Assembly (NCBI GenBank): GCA_031282065.1
Contig: JAITEL010000105.1
Coordinates: forward strand, 1,772-65,771
Length of the DNA stretch: 64,000 bases
Direction: 5' to 3'
DNA from: Treponema sp.
GTDB taxonomy: Bacteria > Spirochaetota > Spirochaetia > Treponematales > Breznakiellaceae
The position numbers and the translations under genes are program-made. Below, one piece after another: positions 63,900 to 64,000 of the stretch. Within the stretch, counting starts at the first letter, position 1. Each line of letters starts with the position of its first letter. Below the pieces are notes generated by a model. The model was not told the origin of the DNA and did no database searches. It worked only from the letters and a program-made list of their open reading frames with translations.

Positions 63900-64000
63900 G
63901 ATTCTGCCTCCTGAAATAGTTTCAGCATTGATAGGGGGCAAAATACGCCACAGGGCCCTAAGCACTTCATTCATATCCTCCGGTATGCGCAGATATATGA

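Noticed and set aside
1-64000. Prophage, integrative element or transposon content
   Set aside because: No integrase, transposase, recombinase, capsid, terminase or tRNA attachment site could be recognised in any frame. The accessory-looking patches are small and lack mobility genes.

Overview
This 64-kb window is a gene-dense bacterial chromosomal segment. It has no rRNA or tRNA genes, no CRISPR array, and no recognisable transposase, integrase or phage genes. The gene content points to a spirochete, possibly Treponema-like: a roughly 900-aa GreA, many lipobox lipoproteins, several MCPs, and Pmp-like beta-helix surface proteins. That taxonomic call is inference only. Housekeeping genes I can support are aspS, efp, yajC-secD-secF, ispH, argB, argD, rpmB, tatD, dus, thrC, gltD, greA, rlpA, a TRAP transporter, acyltransferases and aminotransferases. 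The most interesting feature is an eight-gene minus-strand operon at 32288-43529. Its order is cheW, cheW-like, cheB, cheR-TPR, Cache-HAMP MCP, 6-TM MCP, cheA-REC hybrid, then a REC-GAF-class III cyclase-TPR response regulator. This looks like a Wsp-type chemosensory pathway whose output domain is an adenylate cyclase instead of a diguanylate cyclase. The second recurring signal is a set of five non-coding tandem-repeat arrays, three with a 21-bp period and two with a 23-bp period. They sit in intergenic or promoter-proximal positions, and two of the 21-bp arrays share a TTTGAAARTTC core. An accessory-looking patch at about 47.7-51.7 kb contains several oddities:
- an AT-rich islet encoding a FliM-N-terminus-like peptide
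- a decayed lipoprotein pseudogene and its intact Pmp-like paralogue
- nested palindromic elements interleaved with duplicated 3' gene fragments
- a consensus promoter followed by a (CGTGAGC)9 microsatellite and a terminator, which is a candidate sRNA

All calls come from reading the sequence and the ORF translations. No database search was run.
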